From positions 2,220,001-2,252,000 of the forward strand of contig NZ_CP080507.1 in the NCBI RefSeq assembly GCF_019464535.1: DNA of 32,000 bases, in the 5' to 3' direction. Shown in pieces: positions 23,874 through 32,000 of the stretch. Positions within the stretch are counted from its first letter, which is position 1. Each line of letters starts with the position of its first letter. Source of the stretch: Horticoccus luteus (GTDB taxonomy: Bacteria > Verrucomicrobiota > Verrucomicrobiia > Opitutales > Opitutaceae). Made by a program: the position numbers and the translations under genes. The notes below the pieces were generated by a model that saw only the letters and a program-made list of their open reading frames with translations, was not told where the DNA came from and searched no databases.

Positions 23874-25514
23874 CTATTTCGCGTCGGCCGCCGCCGGTTC
23901 CGCGCCCGCGTCCTGCCATTTCTGCGCCAGCCTCATCTCTCCGGCGGCAGTCGCGATCGCCGCCGCCTCCCGCGCCCACACCCGTTGCGCCGCGGCTGGT
24001 CCGGCCCCCGCATCCGCGATCAGATTCCGGCAAACCTGCACCGCATCCGCTCCCGCGCCCCACGCGCTCAATTGTTTCGCCGCCTCGGCCGCCAGAGCGA
24101 GATCCTGCGTTCGCAGACGCTTGATCGCCTTGAACACCCCCAGCATCCGCACCGCCGCCGCCCGGTCATGTTTTTGGTCGAGCCGTTCCGCCAACGACAA
24201 GGCGAGCGCCAGTCCCGGATTTTTCCGCTCCGCACGCAGCCCTAATTCCAGCGCCTCGGCCTGCCGCCCCTGACGGTCCAGCGCCGCCATCTCGCGCAAC
24301 GCCGCATACGGCACCAACGACGCCGGCAGATTCGCGCGGCCCTTCCAAATCTCGTCGGGCGTCCGCGCAAACGGCCGGTAAAGCGGATCGCCGATCGCCA
24401 CCGCCTGCCAGCTCAACGCCGGCAACGCGTAAAACACCGCGTCGCCCCACCGCTCCCCGCGCGCCAGCGCCAGCATCAAAATGTCCGGCCGGTGCGTCCA
24501 ATCCAGATACGGCTCAAACACGTTGCCCACCGTCGCCGTCACGCCGCGCGCGACGAGGGGCCCCGTCCACCCGCTGCTCGCCGACCGCAACGTCAGCGCC
24601 GAGTAACTATGGATGTGCAACGCGATCGCTCCGGGCGCGAACCGGAAGTCCGGCAGCGCAAACGGCCCGTTCAGATTCCCCGCATACCATCCGAAATAGA
24701 TCGCCGGCGCATCGCAGCGCGCTGTCACCGGCATGGTCCCTCGCGCGCGGTCCACATCGGTTTCGAAACCCAATTCCGCGATCGGTGCGATCGTCGCCTC
24801 GATCCACGTGTCGCCCTCCTTGTGCGGCCCGCCGAGGTCCACGTATGCGCGGCCCACCACGCCGTGTTTCTCCGCCTCGATCGCGTGGTCCACCAGCGCC
24901 AGCGTATCGCGCAACGTCGGCCCTTCGAGTCGGGACACTTTCACCACCTGGCCCTCGACAAAATCCGACGGACGCGTGCGGTTGAAAAGCGGGTTCGGCA
25001 CCAGCGCCACCGCCGGTGGATCCACGCGCGCCAGCAACGCCAGCTCCGAATCCACGGCCGCGCGCATCGTCTGCACCTGCCCCGGCAGCTTGCCCACGTC
25101 CAGCGTCGCCCGCAGCGCCGGATCGTCATCGACCCGCAACGGCACGCCGCGGCACACGACGAGATACGAAATCCGATGGCCCGACACCGCGTTCTTCTTC
25201 CGGCCCACGCTGTCCAGCAGGTCCATCGTCACGCCGCTGATCCAGCCCTTTTCGACCAACGCGTCCTGCAACGGCTGCCAGATCGTCCGCACAAACTCCG
25301 GCCACGAAATCGTCTCCGCCGCCGACATCGGCAGCGCGAAAATATTCGCTTTCGGCACCCCGCGCGCCGCCGCGTAATAGTCCGCCACGCGCGTCGAATC
25401 GGCATCATTGGCATTGGCCAGAATCACCACGCGCGCCGCCGCGTCGTCCGTCGATTCCGCCACCCCGCGCTGGGTCCAGCCTAACAGAAAAATCGCGGCA
25501 AAAATCCAACGCAT
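23874..25514 (-). CDS. Secreted conserved hypothetical protein (TIGR03790-like) with a helical-repeat C-terminus
   Basis: ATG at 25514 gives the signal-peptide-like MRWIFAAIFLLGWTQRGVA. Motifs I recall from the TIGR03790 family are present (RISYLVVCRGVPLRV, VDSELALL, YFGWYAG). The C-terminal 150 aa or so are Ala/Leu-rich and TPR-like. The family assignment is from memory only. Confidence 0.55.
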   Translation of the reverse strand: MRWIFAAIFLLGWTQRGVAESTDDAAARVVILANANDADSTRVADYYAAARGVPKANIFALPMSAAETISWPEFVRTIWQPLQDALVEKGWISGVTMDLLDSVGRKKNAVSGHRISYLVVCRGVPLRVDDDPALRATLDVGKLPGQVQTMRAAVDSELALLARVDPPAVALVPNPLFNRTRPSDFVEGQVVKVSRLEGPTLRDTLALVDHAIEAEKHGVVGRAYVDLGGPHKEGDTWIEATIAPIAELGFETDVDRARGTMPVTARCDAPAIYFGWYAGNLNGPFALPDFRFAPGAIALHIHSYSALTLRSASSGWTGPLVARGVTATVGNVFEPYLDWTHRPDILMLALARGERWGDAVFYALPALSWQAVAIGDPLYRPFARTPDEIWKGRANLPASLVPYAALREMAALDRQGRQAEALELGLRAERKNPGLALALSLAERLDQKHDRAAAVRMLGVFKAIKRLRTQDLALAAEAAKQLSAWGAGADAVQVCRNLIADAGAGPAAAQRVWAREAAAIATAAGEMRLAQKWQDAGAEPAAADAK

Positions 25515-25641
25515 GCCGCTGACTGTGCGTAAACCCTGATGATTTTCGAGGCTCGTTTGTGTTCGCCGGCGAGGCATCCGTCGCCCGACACCGCGTTTTT
25601 TGGTGCGTTCATCCGACCACCTCCCTTATCCCTGTCTCCCG

Positions 25642-26316
25642 ATGGCTGAAACCAATTCCCGGCTCGTTTCCGTGCGCAACGCCTTCTTCTCGGGCTTGGT
25701 CCTCCTCGCGCCCGCGCTCGTCACCATCTGGGCCTTCACCCGGATCGTGGAGCTCGTCGGCGGGTCGTTCCGTCCGCTGTTCATTCACCACATGCCCGAG
25801 TCGCTGCAACGCCTCGGACTCCTTTGGGACGTCGTCACGACGCTCATCGTTCTCCTGCTCATCACTGCTCTCGGCTATCTTTCCCGCTACGTGCTGGGAA
25901 AATTCTTCGGCACCCTGCTCGAACGCTTCATCCAGAGCATCCCCGGCGTCAGCAACGTCTACACCACCGTCAAGCAGATCATCGCCACCTTCAGTTCGCA
26001 CAATCGCAACCTCTTCTCGAAGGTCGTGCTCGTCGAATTCCCCCGGCGCGGCTCCTGGGTCATTGGTTTCCTCACCAGCAAAACCCAGGGCGAGGCGCAG
26101 ACGAAAACCACCCAGGAAACGTGGACCGTGTTCGTGCCCACCACCCCCAATCCCACCAGCGGTTTCCTCGTCATGGTCCCGCATTCCGACATCGTGGAAC
26201 TCGATATGAGCGTCGGCGACGGCATGAAAATGATCATCTCCGGCGGTGGCGTCGTCCCCCCGTGGTCGCCCGCCCACGTCCCGCCCGCCCCCATCGTCCG
26301 CGAGCCTCTTCCCTGA
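25642..26316 (+). CDS. DUF502-family membrane protein
   Basis: 224 aa with N-terminal FFSGLVLLAPALVTIWAFTRIVELV and a later VPTTPNPTSGFL, both typical of DUF502. Confidence 0.75.
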   Translation: MAETNSRLVSVRNAFFSGLVLLAPALVTIWAFTRIVELVGGSFRPLFIHHMPESLQRLGLLWDVVTTLIVLLLITALGYLSRYVLGKFFGTLLERFIQSIPGVSNVYTTVKQIIATFSSHNRNLFSKVVLVEFPRRGSWVIGFLTSKTQGEAQTKTTQETWTVFVPTTPNPTSGFLVMVPHSDIVELDMSVGDGMKMIISGGGVVPPWSPAHVPPAPIVREPLP

Positions 26317-26319
26317 GCC

Positions 26320-26937
26320 GTGCCCGGCGCCTCGCTGCAGACCGATGCGTTTGTCCTCGGCAAACGGCCGCCATCCGACGCCTTTCAAACGCTCACGTGC
26401 TTTTCCGCCGAACACGGCCCGTTGCTCGTCCTGCAACGTCTCCCCAAGAAATCCGCCGGCACCAGCACCCTCCTCGATCTCTTCGACGAGGCCGCCCTCG
26501 TCCTCGAAGCCTCCAACCAAGGCCAGCTCTGGTTCGTGAAGGAAGTCCGGCTCCTCGCCCGCCCCGCCGGCATCGGCCAAAGCTACGCCACGCTCGAGGT
26601 CGCGTCGCGCTTCGCTCAACTCATCGCCCGCAACCACGTCGCCCCCGAAAGTCGCGCCGACGTCTATCGCCTCGTTCACCAGGCGTTCGCCGCCTTTGCC
26701 TCCGCCGCGCGCGCCGACATCGCACTCTTCAAAAGCCTCTACCGCTTCGCCCGCGATCAGGGTTATCCCTTGAAAGAACAATGGTTCCCCTCGCTCACCG
26801 CTCCTGATCAGACGCAGGTGACGACCCTCCTCAATCGCCCTCTCGCCGGCCAGTCCGCCGCGCCCGCCGACGTCGCCCGCCTCCAAACGTCCCTGGAGGA
26901 CTATTTGCGCCGCGAAACCGAGATTCTCCTCGACTGA
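26320..26937 (+). CDS. recO: Divergent RecO-like DNA repair protein (tentative)
   Basis: 205 aa with a GTG start 1 nt after the DUF502 stop. There is an OB-fold-like N-terminus (TDAFVLGKRP.SDAFQTLTCFSAEHGPLLV) and a helical C-terminus with a RecO-like pattern (Y.TLEVASRF..L.., ALFKSLYRFARDQGYP). No Zn-finger cysteines. The similarity was judged by eye only. Confidence 0.45.
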   Translation: MPGASLQTDAFVLGKRPPSDAFQTLTCFSAEHGPLLVLQRLPKKSAGTSTLLDLFDEAALVLEASNQGQLWFVKEVRLLARPAGIGQSYATLEVASRFAQLIARNHVAPESRADVYRLVHQAFAAFASAARADIALFKSLYRFARDQGYPLKEQWFPSLTAPDQTQVTTLLNRPLAGQSAAPADVARLQTSLEDYLRRETEILLD

Positions 26938-27044
26938 CCGCGCCGCCGCGCGTGGTGAAAAACCCGTTCCCTCCGCCGCATAGGTCAACGCCGCCAGCGC
27001 GCACTTGCCACGCCGCGCCGTCTGACGGTCACTGTGCTCCGCGC

Positions 27045-29504
27045 ATGGAATTTTCCCTCGACCAACGGTCCGCCAGTTTGAGCGTCGGCGAATTCGCCGC
27101 GTTCAACGTCGGTCCGCGCGAGAGCGGCGACGGTCCCCACGGAGTGTGGCGCGCGCAGCTCGGCGTGCATTGGCACAACGAACTCCGCGCCCGCGCCGCC
27201 GACGACACGCCCGCCGCCGAGTTCGAGGTCGCCATCGCCGGCGCCGTCGCGCACCGCGGCTGGGTCATTCAGCTCACCGGCCGCATCGACCAATGGCTGC
27301 CGGCCGCAGCCGTCCCCACGCTGCGCGAAATCAAAACCGTCCTCCATCCGCTCCCCGTCGCCGAGGCGGAGTTGCGCGCCGATCATCCTGACTACTTCGC
27401 GCAACTCGCCGCCTACGTCGCGCTGCGCCGCCTCGCCGCGCCGACCGCCGCGCTGCGCGCCGAACTCGTCTTCGTCGAAGCCGGCAGCGGCCTCGCCCAA
27501 ACCGTCGTCCTCACCGCGGCCGACGAAACCTGTTTCGACGTTCAACTCGAGCGCGTCGTCGAGTTTCTCGACCTCCGCGCCCGCGCCCGCGAACGCCTCC
27601 GCCACCTGCACTTTCGCTCGCCGTTCGCGACCCTGCGCCCCGGTCAGGAAACCACTCGCGCCGAGTTGACCGCCGCCTTCGAGCGCCACCCCGCGGTCCT
27701 TTTCGAAGCGCCCACCGGCTTCGGCAAAACCGGCGTCCTCTTGGAATTTGCCTTGGGCCAGCTCCAGGCCGGCCACTTCGAACGCGTGCTCTATCTCACG
27801 AGCAAAGCCACGGGCCAGCTCCAGGTCGTGCGCACCCTCGCCGCGATGACCGCTCCCGCCGCCAATTCCGAACCGCCCCTTTCGCTTCAACCTTCTCCCT
27901 GCTCGACGGCGCTCGCAGTCTGGCACGTGCGCAACAAAGCCGAGCACTGCGTCAACCACACGTTCCACTGCGTGCGCGATTCCTGCACGTATCTCGCCGA
28001 CGTCGCCGCGCGCTGGGCCGGCAGCGGACTTTCACGTTTCTACCTCTTCGAAGATCAGCCGCGCGATCTGCCCACGCTGCGCGACGCCGGCCGCCAAGCC
28101 GGCATCTGCCCTTACGAAATCACCCGCACCGCGCTCGCGTTCAACGACGTCTGGATCGGCGACTACAACTACGTCTTCGCTCCGCGCAACCGCGGCCTCT
28201 TCTTCGAGCAACCCGGCTTCGATCCCGCGCGCACGCTCCTCCTCATCGACGAGGCCCACAACCTCCCCGCGCGCGTGGCCGATGCTTACTCGCACACCGC
28301 GCACGTCGACGACGCCCGCCCGCTCCTCGCCGAGCTCGATCATCAACGCGCCTCCGCGCCCCTGCTGCGCGCTTGGGAAAACTGGGTGCAACTGCTCGGC
28401 GCCCTTCCCGCCTGCGACTCCCTCGACCCCGCGCTCGAAGCCGATGTCACCGATGCCCTCGACCAAATCGTGCGCGCCTTGGAGTCCACGCCGCTCGACT
28501 ACGCCGCGCTCGGCCCCACGTTCAGCGACCAGCTCTGGCGCACGCAGGATCTCGCCGAGTGGCTCGCCGATTCCTCGTTCGATAAACTCCTCTGGTGCGC
28601 CCGCGCCGGCGAATTGCGTTTCACCTGCCTCAACGCAGCTGCTGCCATCGGCCGCGCCCTGCGCGAGTTTGGCGGCGTCGTCTGCGCCACCGCCACCTTC
28701 GGACCCGCCGCCGCCTTCGCCGACGCCTGCGGTTTCGCCGCCACACCGACGCCCCACCTCGCCCTCGCACCGACGACCACGCCGGCGTTTTTCCATCTTT
28801 CCGCGCACACGCCGTGGCGCGACACCGCTTACGACGTCGGTATCGATGCCCGCGTCGACACGACTTACCAACGCCGCAGCAGTTTCGCGGGCGTCACCGG
28901 CGAAACGATCGTCCGCCTTCACGCCGCCGCGGGCGCCGCGGTCGCCGTCTTCTTTCCCTCCTACGCTTACGCCGAGCAAATCGTCCGCGCCCTCGAGCGC
29001 GCCGGTTCGCCGCTCCGCATCGCCCTCCAGCCGCGCCTGCCCGATCTCGCCGCGCAAACCGCCTGGGTCGAGGAATCCCTCGCGTTCACCGACGCCGTCT
29101 TTCTCGTCCTCGGCTCCAGTTTCGCCGAAAGCATCGATCTGCTCGGCGGACGCGTCACGCACGCCATGGTCGTCGGTCCCGCGTTGCCCGAGGTCAACGC
29201 CGTGCAACGCGCCCGCGTCGCCGCGCTTTCCTCCCTCGGCCGCGGCGCCGCCTTCCGTCGTGTTTACCAGATTCCCGGCATGCAAAAGGTAAACCAAGCC
29301 CTCGGCCGACTCGTGCGCGCTCCCGGCCAGCGCGCCCGCGTCCTCCTGCATTGCCGCCGCTTCGCCGAGCCCGACTACGCCAGCCTCCTCGCCCCCGAAT
29401 ACCAACTCGGCACCAACATCCTCGACGACGCCGATCTCACCGCCTGGCTCGCCCAGCCGTTTCCGCCTCCCGCTCCTCCTCTCAACGCGTCCGCGTCGGC
29501 CTGA
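27045..29504 (+). CDS. Fusion protein: N-terminal PD-(D/E)XK (RecB/Cas4-type) nuclease domain plus XPD/DinG-family Fe-S SF2 helicase
   Basis: Nuclease motifs: GRIDQW, LREIKT and YFAQLAAY (D, ExK, QxxxY). Helicase motif I is EAPTGFGKTG. The four-Cys Fe-S module is HCVNHTFHCVRDSCTY...GICPYE, followed by DYNYVF. Motif II is LLIDEAHNL. The C-terminus reads FFPSY...VLGSSFAESIDL...QALGRLVR. Confidence 0.8.
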   Translation: MEFSLDQRSASLSVGEFAAFNVGPRESGDGPHGVWRAQLGVHWHNELRARAADDTPAAEFEVAIAGAVAHRGWVIQLTGRIDQWLPAAAVPTLREIKTVLHPLPVAEAELRADHPDYFAQLAAYVALRRLAAPTAALRAELVFVEAGSGLAQTVVLTAADETCFDVQLERVVEFLDLRARARERLRHLHFRSPFATLRPGQETTRAELTAAFERHPAVLFEAPTGFGKTGVLLEFALGQLQAGHFERVLYLTSKATGQLQVVRTLAAMTAPAANSEPPLSLQPSPCSTALAVWHVRNKAEHCVNHTFHCVRDSCTYLADVAARWAGSGLSRFYLFEDQPRDLPTLRDAGRQAGICPYEITRTALAFNDVWIGDYNYVFAPRNRGLFFEQPGFDPARTLLLIDEAHNLPARVADAYSHTAHVDDARPLLAELDHQRASAPLLRAWENWVQLLGALPACDSLDPALEADVTDALDQIVRALESTPLDYAALGPTFSDQLWRTQDLAEWLADSSFDKLLWCARAGELRFTCLNAAAAIGRALREFGGVVCATATFGPAAAFADACGFAATPTPHLALAPTTTPAFFHLSAHTPWRDTAYDVGIDARVDTTYQRRSSFAGVTGETIVRLHAAAGAAVAVFFPSYAYAEQIVRALERAGSPLRIALQPRLPDLAAQTAWVEESLAFTDAVFLVLGSSFAESIDLLGGRVTHAMVVGPALPEVNAVQRARVAALSSLGRGAAFRRVYQIPGMQKVNQALGRLVRAPGQRARVLLHCRRFAEPDYASLLAPEYQLGTNILDDADLTAWLAQPFPPPAPPLNASASA

Positions 29505-29640
29505 ACGGGTGGGCCGTGCGCTCCCCCGCGCAGCCTGCTCCCCGCCCTTCACCGCCCACCGCTCCGCCGCGCGGCCGTCACCCGCCAGCGGCACAAAATC
29601 CCTTGTTCTGCCGCGCCGTCGCTCTCTACCCTGCGCGCGC

Positions 29641-30510
29641 ATGATTTTGCTCCTCGGAGGTTCCGGTTACGTCGGCTCGGCTTACCAAGCGCTCTTCCAG
29701 CGCAAAGGCATCGCCTACCGCAATCTGCGGCGCGCCGAGGTCGATTACACCCATCCCGCCACGCTCACCGAATTCCTCCGCCGCGAGCGCCCGGAATTTC
29801 TCATCAACGCCGCCGGCTACACCGGCAAACCCAACGTCGACGCCTGCGAGCTCCACAAGACCGAATGCCTCTTCGGCAACGCTGTTTTCCCCGGCCTCGT
29901 CGCCCAGGCGTGCGCCGCCGCCGGCATTCCGTGGGGCCACGTCTCCTCCGGCTGCATCTACACCGGCGAGCGCCCCGATGGCTCCGGTTTCACCGAAACC
30001 GACGCCCCTAATTTCACCTTCCGCCAGAACAACTGCAGTTTCTACTCCGGCACCAAAGCCCTCGGCGAAGACGTGCTCGCCGGCGCGCCCGACGTGTTCA
30101 TCTGGCGCCTGCGCATTCCCTTCGATCACGTCGAAAACCCGCGCAACTACCTCACCAAATTGATGCGTTACCCGCGGCTCCTCGAAGCGACCAACTCCAT
30201 TTCGCAACTCCACGAATTCGTTGCCGCCACCTTCGCCTGCTGGGAGCAACGCATTCCCTTCGGCACGTATAACGTCACCAATCCCGGCCGCGTGACCACC
30301 CACGAAGTCGTCGCCCTCATCCGCGAATCCGGCGTGTGCGAAAAAGACTTCCAGTTCTTCGCCAGCGAAGACGAGTTCATGCACGTCGCCGCGAAAACCC
30401 CGCGCTCCAACTGCGTGATGGATTCCGCAAAACTCGCCGCCGCCGGCATCACGCTCACGGAAGTCCACACCGCCATCGCCGCCGCGCTGCGTTCCTGGCA
30501 ACGCGCCTGA
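29641..30510 (+). CDS. NRS/ER-like short-chain dehydrogenase (putative bifunctional NDP-4-keto-6-deoxyglucose 3,5-epimerase/4-reductase), often annotated as RmlD-like
   Basis: 289 aa from MILLLGGSGYVG. It shows extended similarity to my recollection of plant NRS/ER: NAAG.TGKPNVD.CE.HK, SGCIY, PNFT..SFYSGTKA, NPRNYLTKL.RY, NS...L.E, YNVTNPG, RSNCVMDSAKL. Confidence 0.7.
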   Translation: MILLLGGSGYVGSAYQALFQRKGIAYRNLRRAEVDYTHPATLTEFLRRERPEFLINAAGYTGKPNVDACELHKTECLFGNAVFPGLVAQACAAAGIPWGHVSSGCIYTGERPDGSGFTETDAPNFTFRQNNCSFYSGTKALGEDVLAGAPDVFIWRLRIPFDHVENPRNYLTKLMRYPRLLEATNSISQLHEFVAATFACWEQRIPFGTYNVTNPGRVTTHEVVALIRESGVCEKDFQFFASEDEFMHVAAKTPRSNCVMDSAKLAAAGITLTEVHTAIAAALRSWQRA

Positions 30511-30558
30511 ACGCGCTGCTCTTTTGGCGTTTCCCTCTACGCACGTCCCCTCTTCGGC

Positions 30559-31629
30559 ATGAAACTCCTCGTCACCGGCGGCGCCGGCTTCATCGGCAGC
30601 AACTTCATCCGCCAGCGCCTCCTCTCGCGCGACGGCCCGGCGATCAGCCGGCTCGTCAACCTCGATGCGCTCACCTACGCCGGCAATCCCGCCAATCTCG
30701 CCGACCTCGCCTCCGATCCGCGCTACGTTTTTGCGCACGGCGACATCGGCGATTCCGCCCTCGTCTCCCGCCTCCTCGCCGAACACGAGATCGACGCCGT
30801 CGTGAATTTCGCCGCCGAATCGCACGTCGATCGCTCCATCGATTCGCCCGAGCCGTTCATCCAGACCAACGTCACCGGCACGCTCCGCCTGCTCAATTGC
30901 GCGAAGCAACACTGGGCCCGGCTGCCTGCGCCGCAGCAAAGCGCGTTTCGTTTTCTGCATGTCTCGACCGATGAAGTTTACGGTTCGCTCCCGCCCGGCG
31001 CGCCCGCCTTCACCGAAGAGCACAACTTCGAGCCCAACTCGCCCTACGCCGCCTCGAAAGCCGCCAGCGACCACCTCGTGCGCGCCTACCAGCACACCTA
31101 CGGCCTGCCGACGCTCACGACCAACTGCTCCAACAACTACGGCCCGTATCATTTTCCCGAGAAACTCATCCCGTTGATGATTCTCAACGCCCTCGAAGGA
31201 AAACCGCTCCCCGTCTACGGCGACGGCCAGCAGATTCGCGACTGGCTCTACGTCGAAGATCACGCCGCGGCCATCTGGACCGTCCTCCAACGCGGCCGCG
31301 TCGGCGAGACTTACAACATCGGCGGTTGGAACGAAAAACCGAATCTCGAGATCGTGAAAACCATCTGCGCGCTCCTCGATAAAAAGTCCCCGCGCGCCGA
31401 CGGCCAGAGCTACACCACGCAAATCGCCTACGTCGCCGACCGCCCCGGCCACGACCGCCGCTATGCGATCGACGCCACGAAAATCCACCGCGAGCTCGGC
31501 TGGAAACCCGCCGAAACCTTCGCCACCGGCATCGAAAAAACCGTCGACTGGTATCTTGCCCATCCTGCCTGGGCCACCGACATCACCGCCACGCGCTACG
31601 CCCGCGAACGCCTCGGCGCCAAAGCCTGA
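30559..31629 (+). CDS. rfbB: dTDP-glucose 4,6-dehydratase
   Basis: 356 aa with [26 protein letters not shown] (YxxxK) and a full-length RmlB-like sequence. Confidence 0.95.
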   Translation: MKLLVTGGAGFIGSNFIRQRLLSRDGPAISRLVNLDALTYAGNPANLADLASDPRYVFAHGDIGDSALVSRLLAEHEIDAVVNFAAESHVDRSIDSPEPFIQTNVTGTLRLLNCAKQHWARLPAPQQSAFRFLHVSTDEVYGSLPPGAPAFTEEHNFEPNSPYAASKAASDHLVRAYQHTYGLPTLTTNCSNNYGPYHFPEKLIPLMILNALEGKPLPVYGDGQQIRDWLYVEDHAAAIWTVLQRGRVGETYNIGGWNEKPNLEIVKTICALLDKKSPRADGQSYTTQIAYVADRPGHDRRYAIDATKIHRELGWKPAETFATGIEKTVDWYLAHPAWATDITATRYARERLGAKA

Positions 31630-31718
31630 TTTCCTCGGCCGCGCCACCGCGCCACCCGTCCGGATCGGCGGCCGTCAGCATTCATTAGCGGTCAAAAAAC
31701 TTCACTCGTTCTCTCTCC

Positions 31719-32000
31719 ATGCAACGCAAAGGCATCGTCCTCGCCGGCGGCTCCGGCACCCGCCTCTATCCGCTCACCATCGCGGTCTCCAAGCAGCTCA
31801 TGCCGGTTTACGACAAGCCGATGATCTACTACCCGCTCTCGGTGCTCATGCTCGCCGGCATCCGGGAGATCCTCATCATCTCCACGCCGCAGGACCTCCC
31901 GCTCTTTCAACGTCTTCTCGGCGACGGCGCCCAGTTTGGCGTCACGTTCAGCTACGCCGAACAACCCCGCCCCGAAGGCCTCGCCCAAGCCTTCCACATC
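31719..32000 (+). CDS. rfbA: Glucose-1-phosphate thymidylyltransferase, 5' part (runs off the window)
   Basis: ATG at 31719 gives [57 protein letters not shown], the canonical RmlA N-terminus. It is absent from the track because no stop lies within the window. Confidence 0.93.
   Translation, partial: MQRKGIVLAGGSGTRLYPLTIAVSKQLMPVYDKPMIYYPLSVLMLAGIREILIISTPQDLPLFQRLLGDGAQFGVTFSYAEQPRPEGLAQAFHI

Noticed and set aside
25609-31647. Long minus-strand ORFs antisense to DUF502/RecO-like, the helicase and the rml genes (25609-26988, 26985-27968, 28032-29642, 29626-31647), and plus-strand out-of-frame ORFs such as 28282-29292 and 28595-29644
   Set aside because: Same shadow-ORF artefact. The translations are Arg/Gly/Ala/Pro-rich with no motifs, and the opposing or overlapping frames carry clear helicase and Rml signatures.
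1-32000. Search for tRNA, rRNA, tmRNA, SRP/RNase P RNA, transposase, integrase, reverse transcriptase or cas genes
   Set aside because: I found no T-loop or acceptor-like tRNA signatures, no conserved RNA motifs that I can recognise by eye, and no ORF with recombinase, RT or Cas signatures. Absence by eye is weak evidence and should be confirmed with tRNAscan-SE, Infernal and HMM searches.

Overview
High-GC bacterial chromosomal segment. It is probably Verrucomicrobiota/Opitutales-like, but that rests only on remembered repeat-derived peptide motifs and gene families and cannot be verified here.

Gene content, left to right:
(1) 1-7202, minus strand: a tightly packed polysaccharide operon. 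A GbsR/MarR-type regulator is followed by WbpB-like, WbpD-like and WbpE-like genes, Wzx, HisH-like, HisF-like and a WbpG-like amidotransferase. The order closely mirrors part of the Pseudomonas aeruginosa O5 wbp cluster.
(2) about 7250-12685: a visibly lower-GC accessory island. It consists of three arrays of a modular composite repeat family, a 21-bp x12 minisatellite, a minimal orphan N6-adenine methyltransferase, a 129-aa orphan protein plus a truncated second copy of its 3' end, and a vapBC toxin-antitoxin pair.
(3) 12686-15905, minus strand: a second sugar locus with a GT4 glycosyltransferase, a DegT-type aminotransferase and a small 2-TM protein.
(4) plus strand: fur-sufC-sufB-sufD-sufT, then a KefB/KefC-type antiporter, then a lone ClpP with a poly-Asp N-terminal extension.
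(5) a secreted TIGR03790-like protein on the minus strand, then on the plus strand DUF502, a RecO-like protein, and an 819-aa fusion of a PD-(D/E)XK nuclease to an XPD/DinG-type Fe-S helicase.
(6) an rml cluster: a plant NRS/ER-like epimerase/reductase, rmlB, and a partial rmlA.

No rRNA, tRNA, CRISPR array, cas gene, transposase or integrase was recognised.

The candidates most worth following up are the repeat-partitioned island with its attC-like palindromes, and the RecO-like / nuclease-helicase pair. Many long ORFs in the track are antisense shadow ORFs typical of GC3-rich genomes and were rejected.
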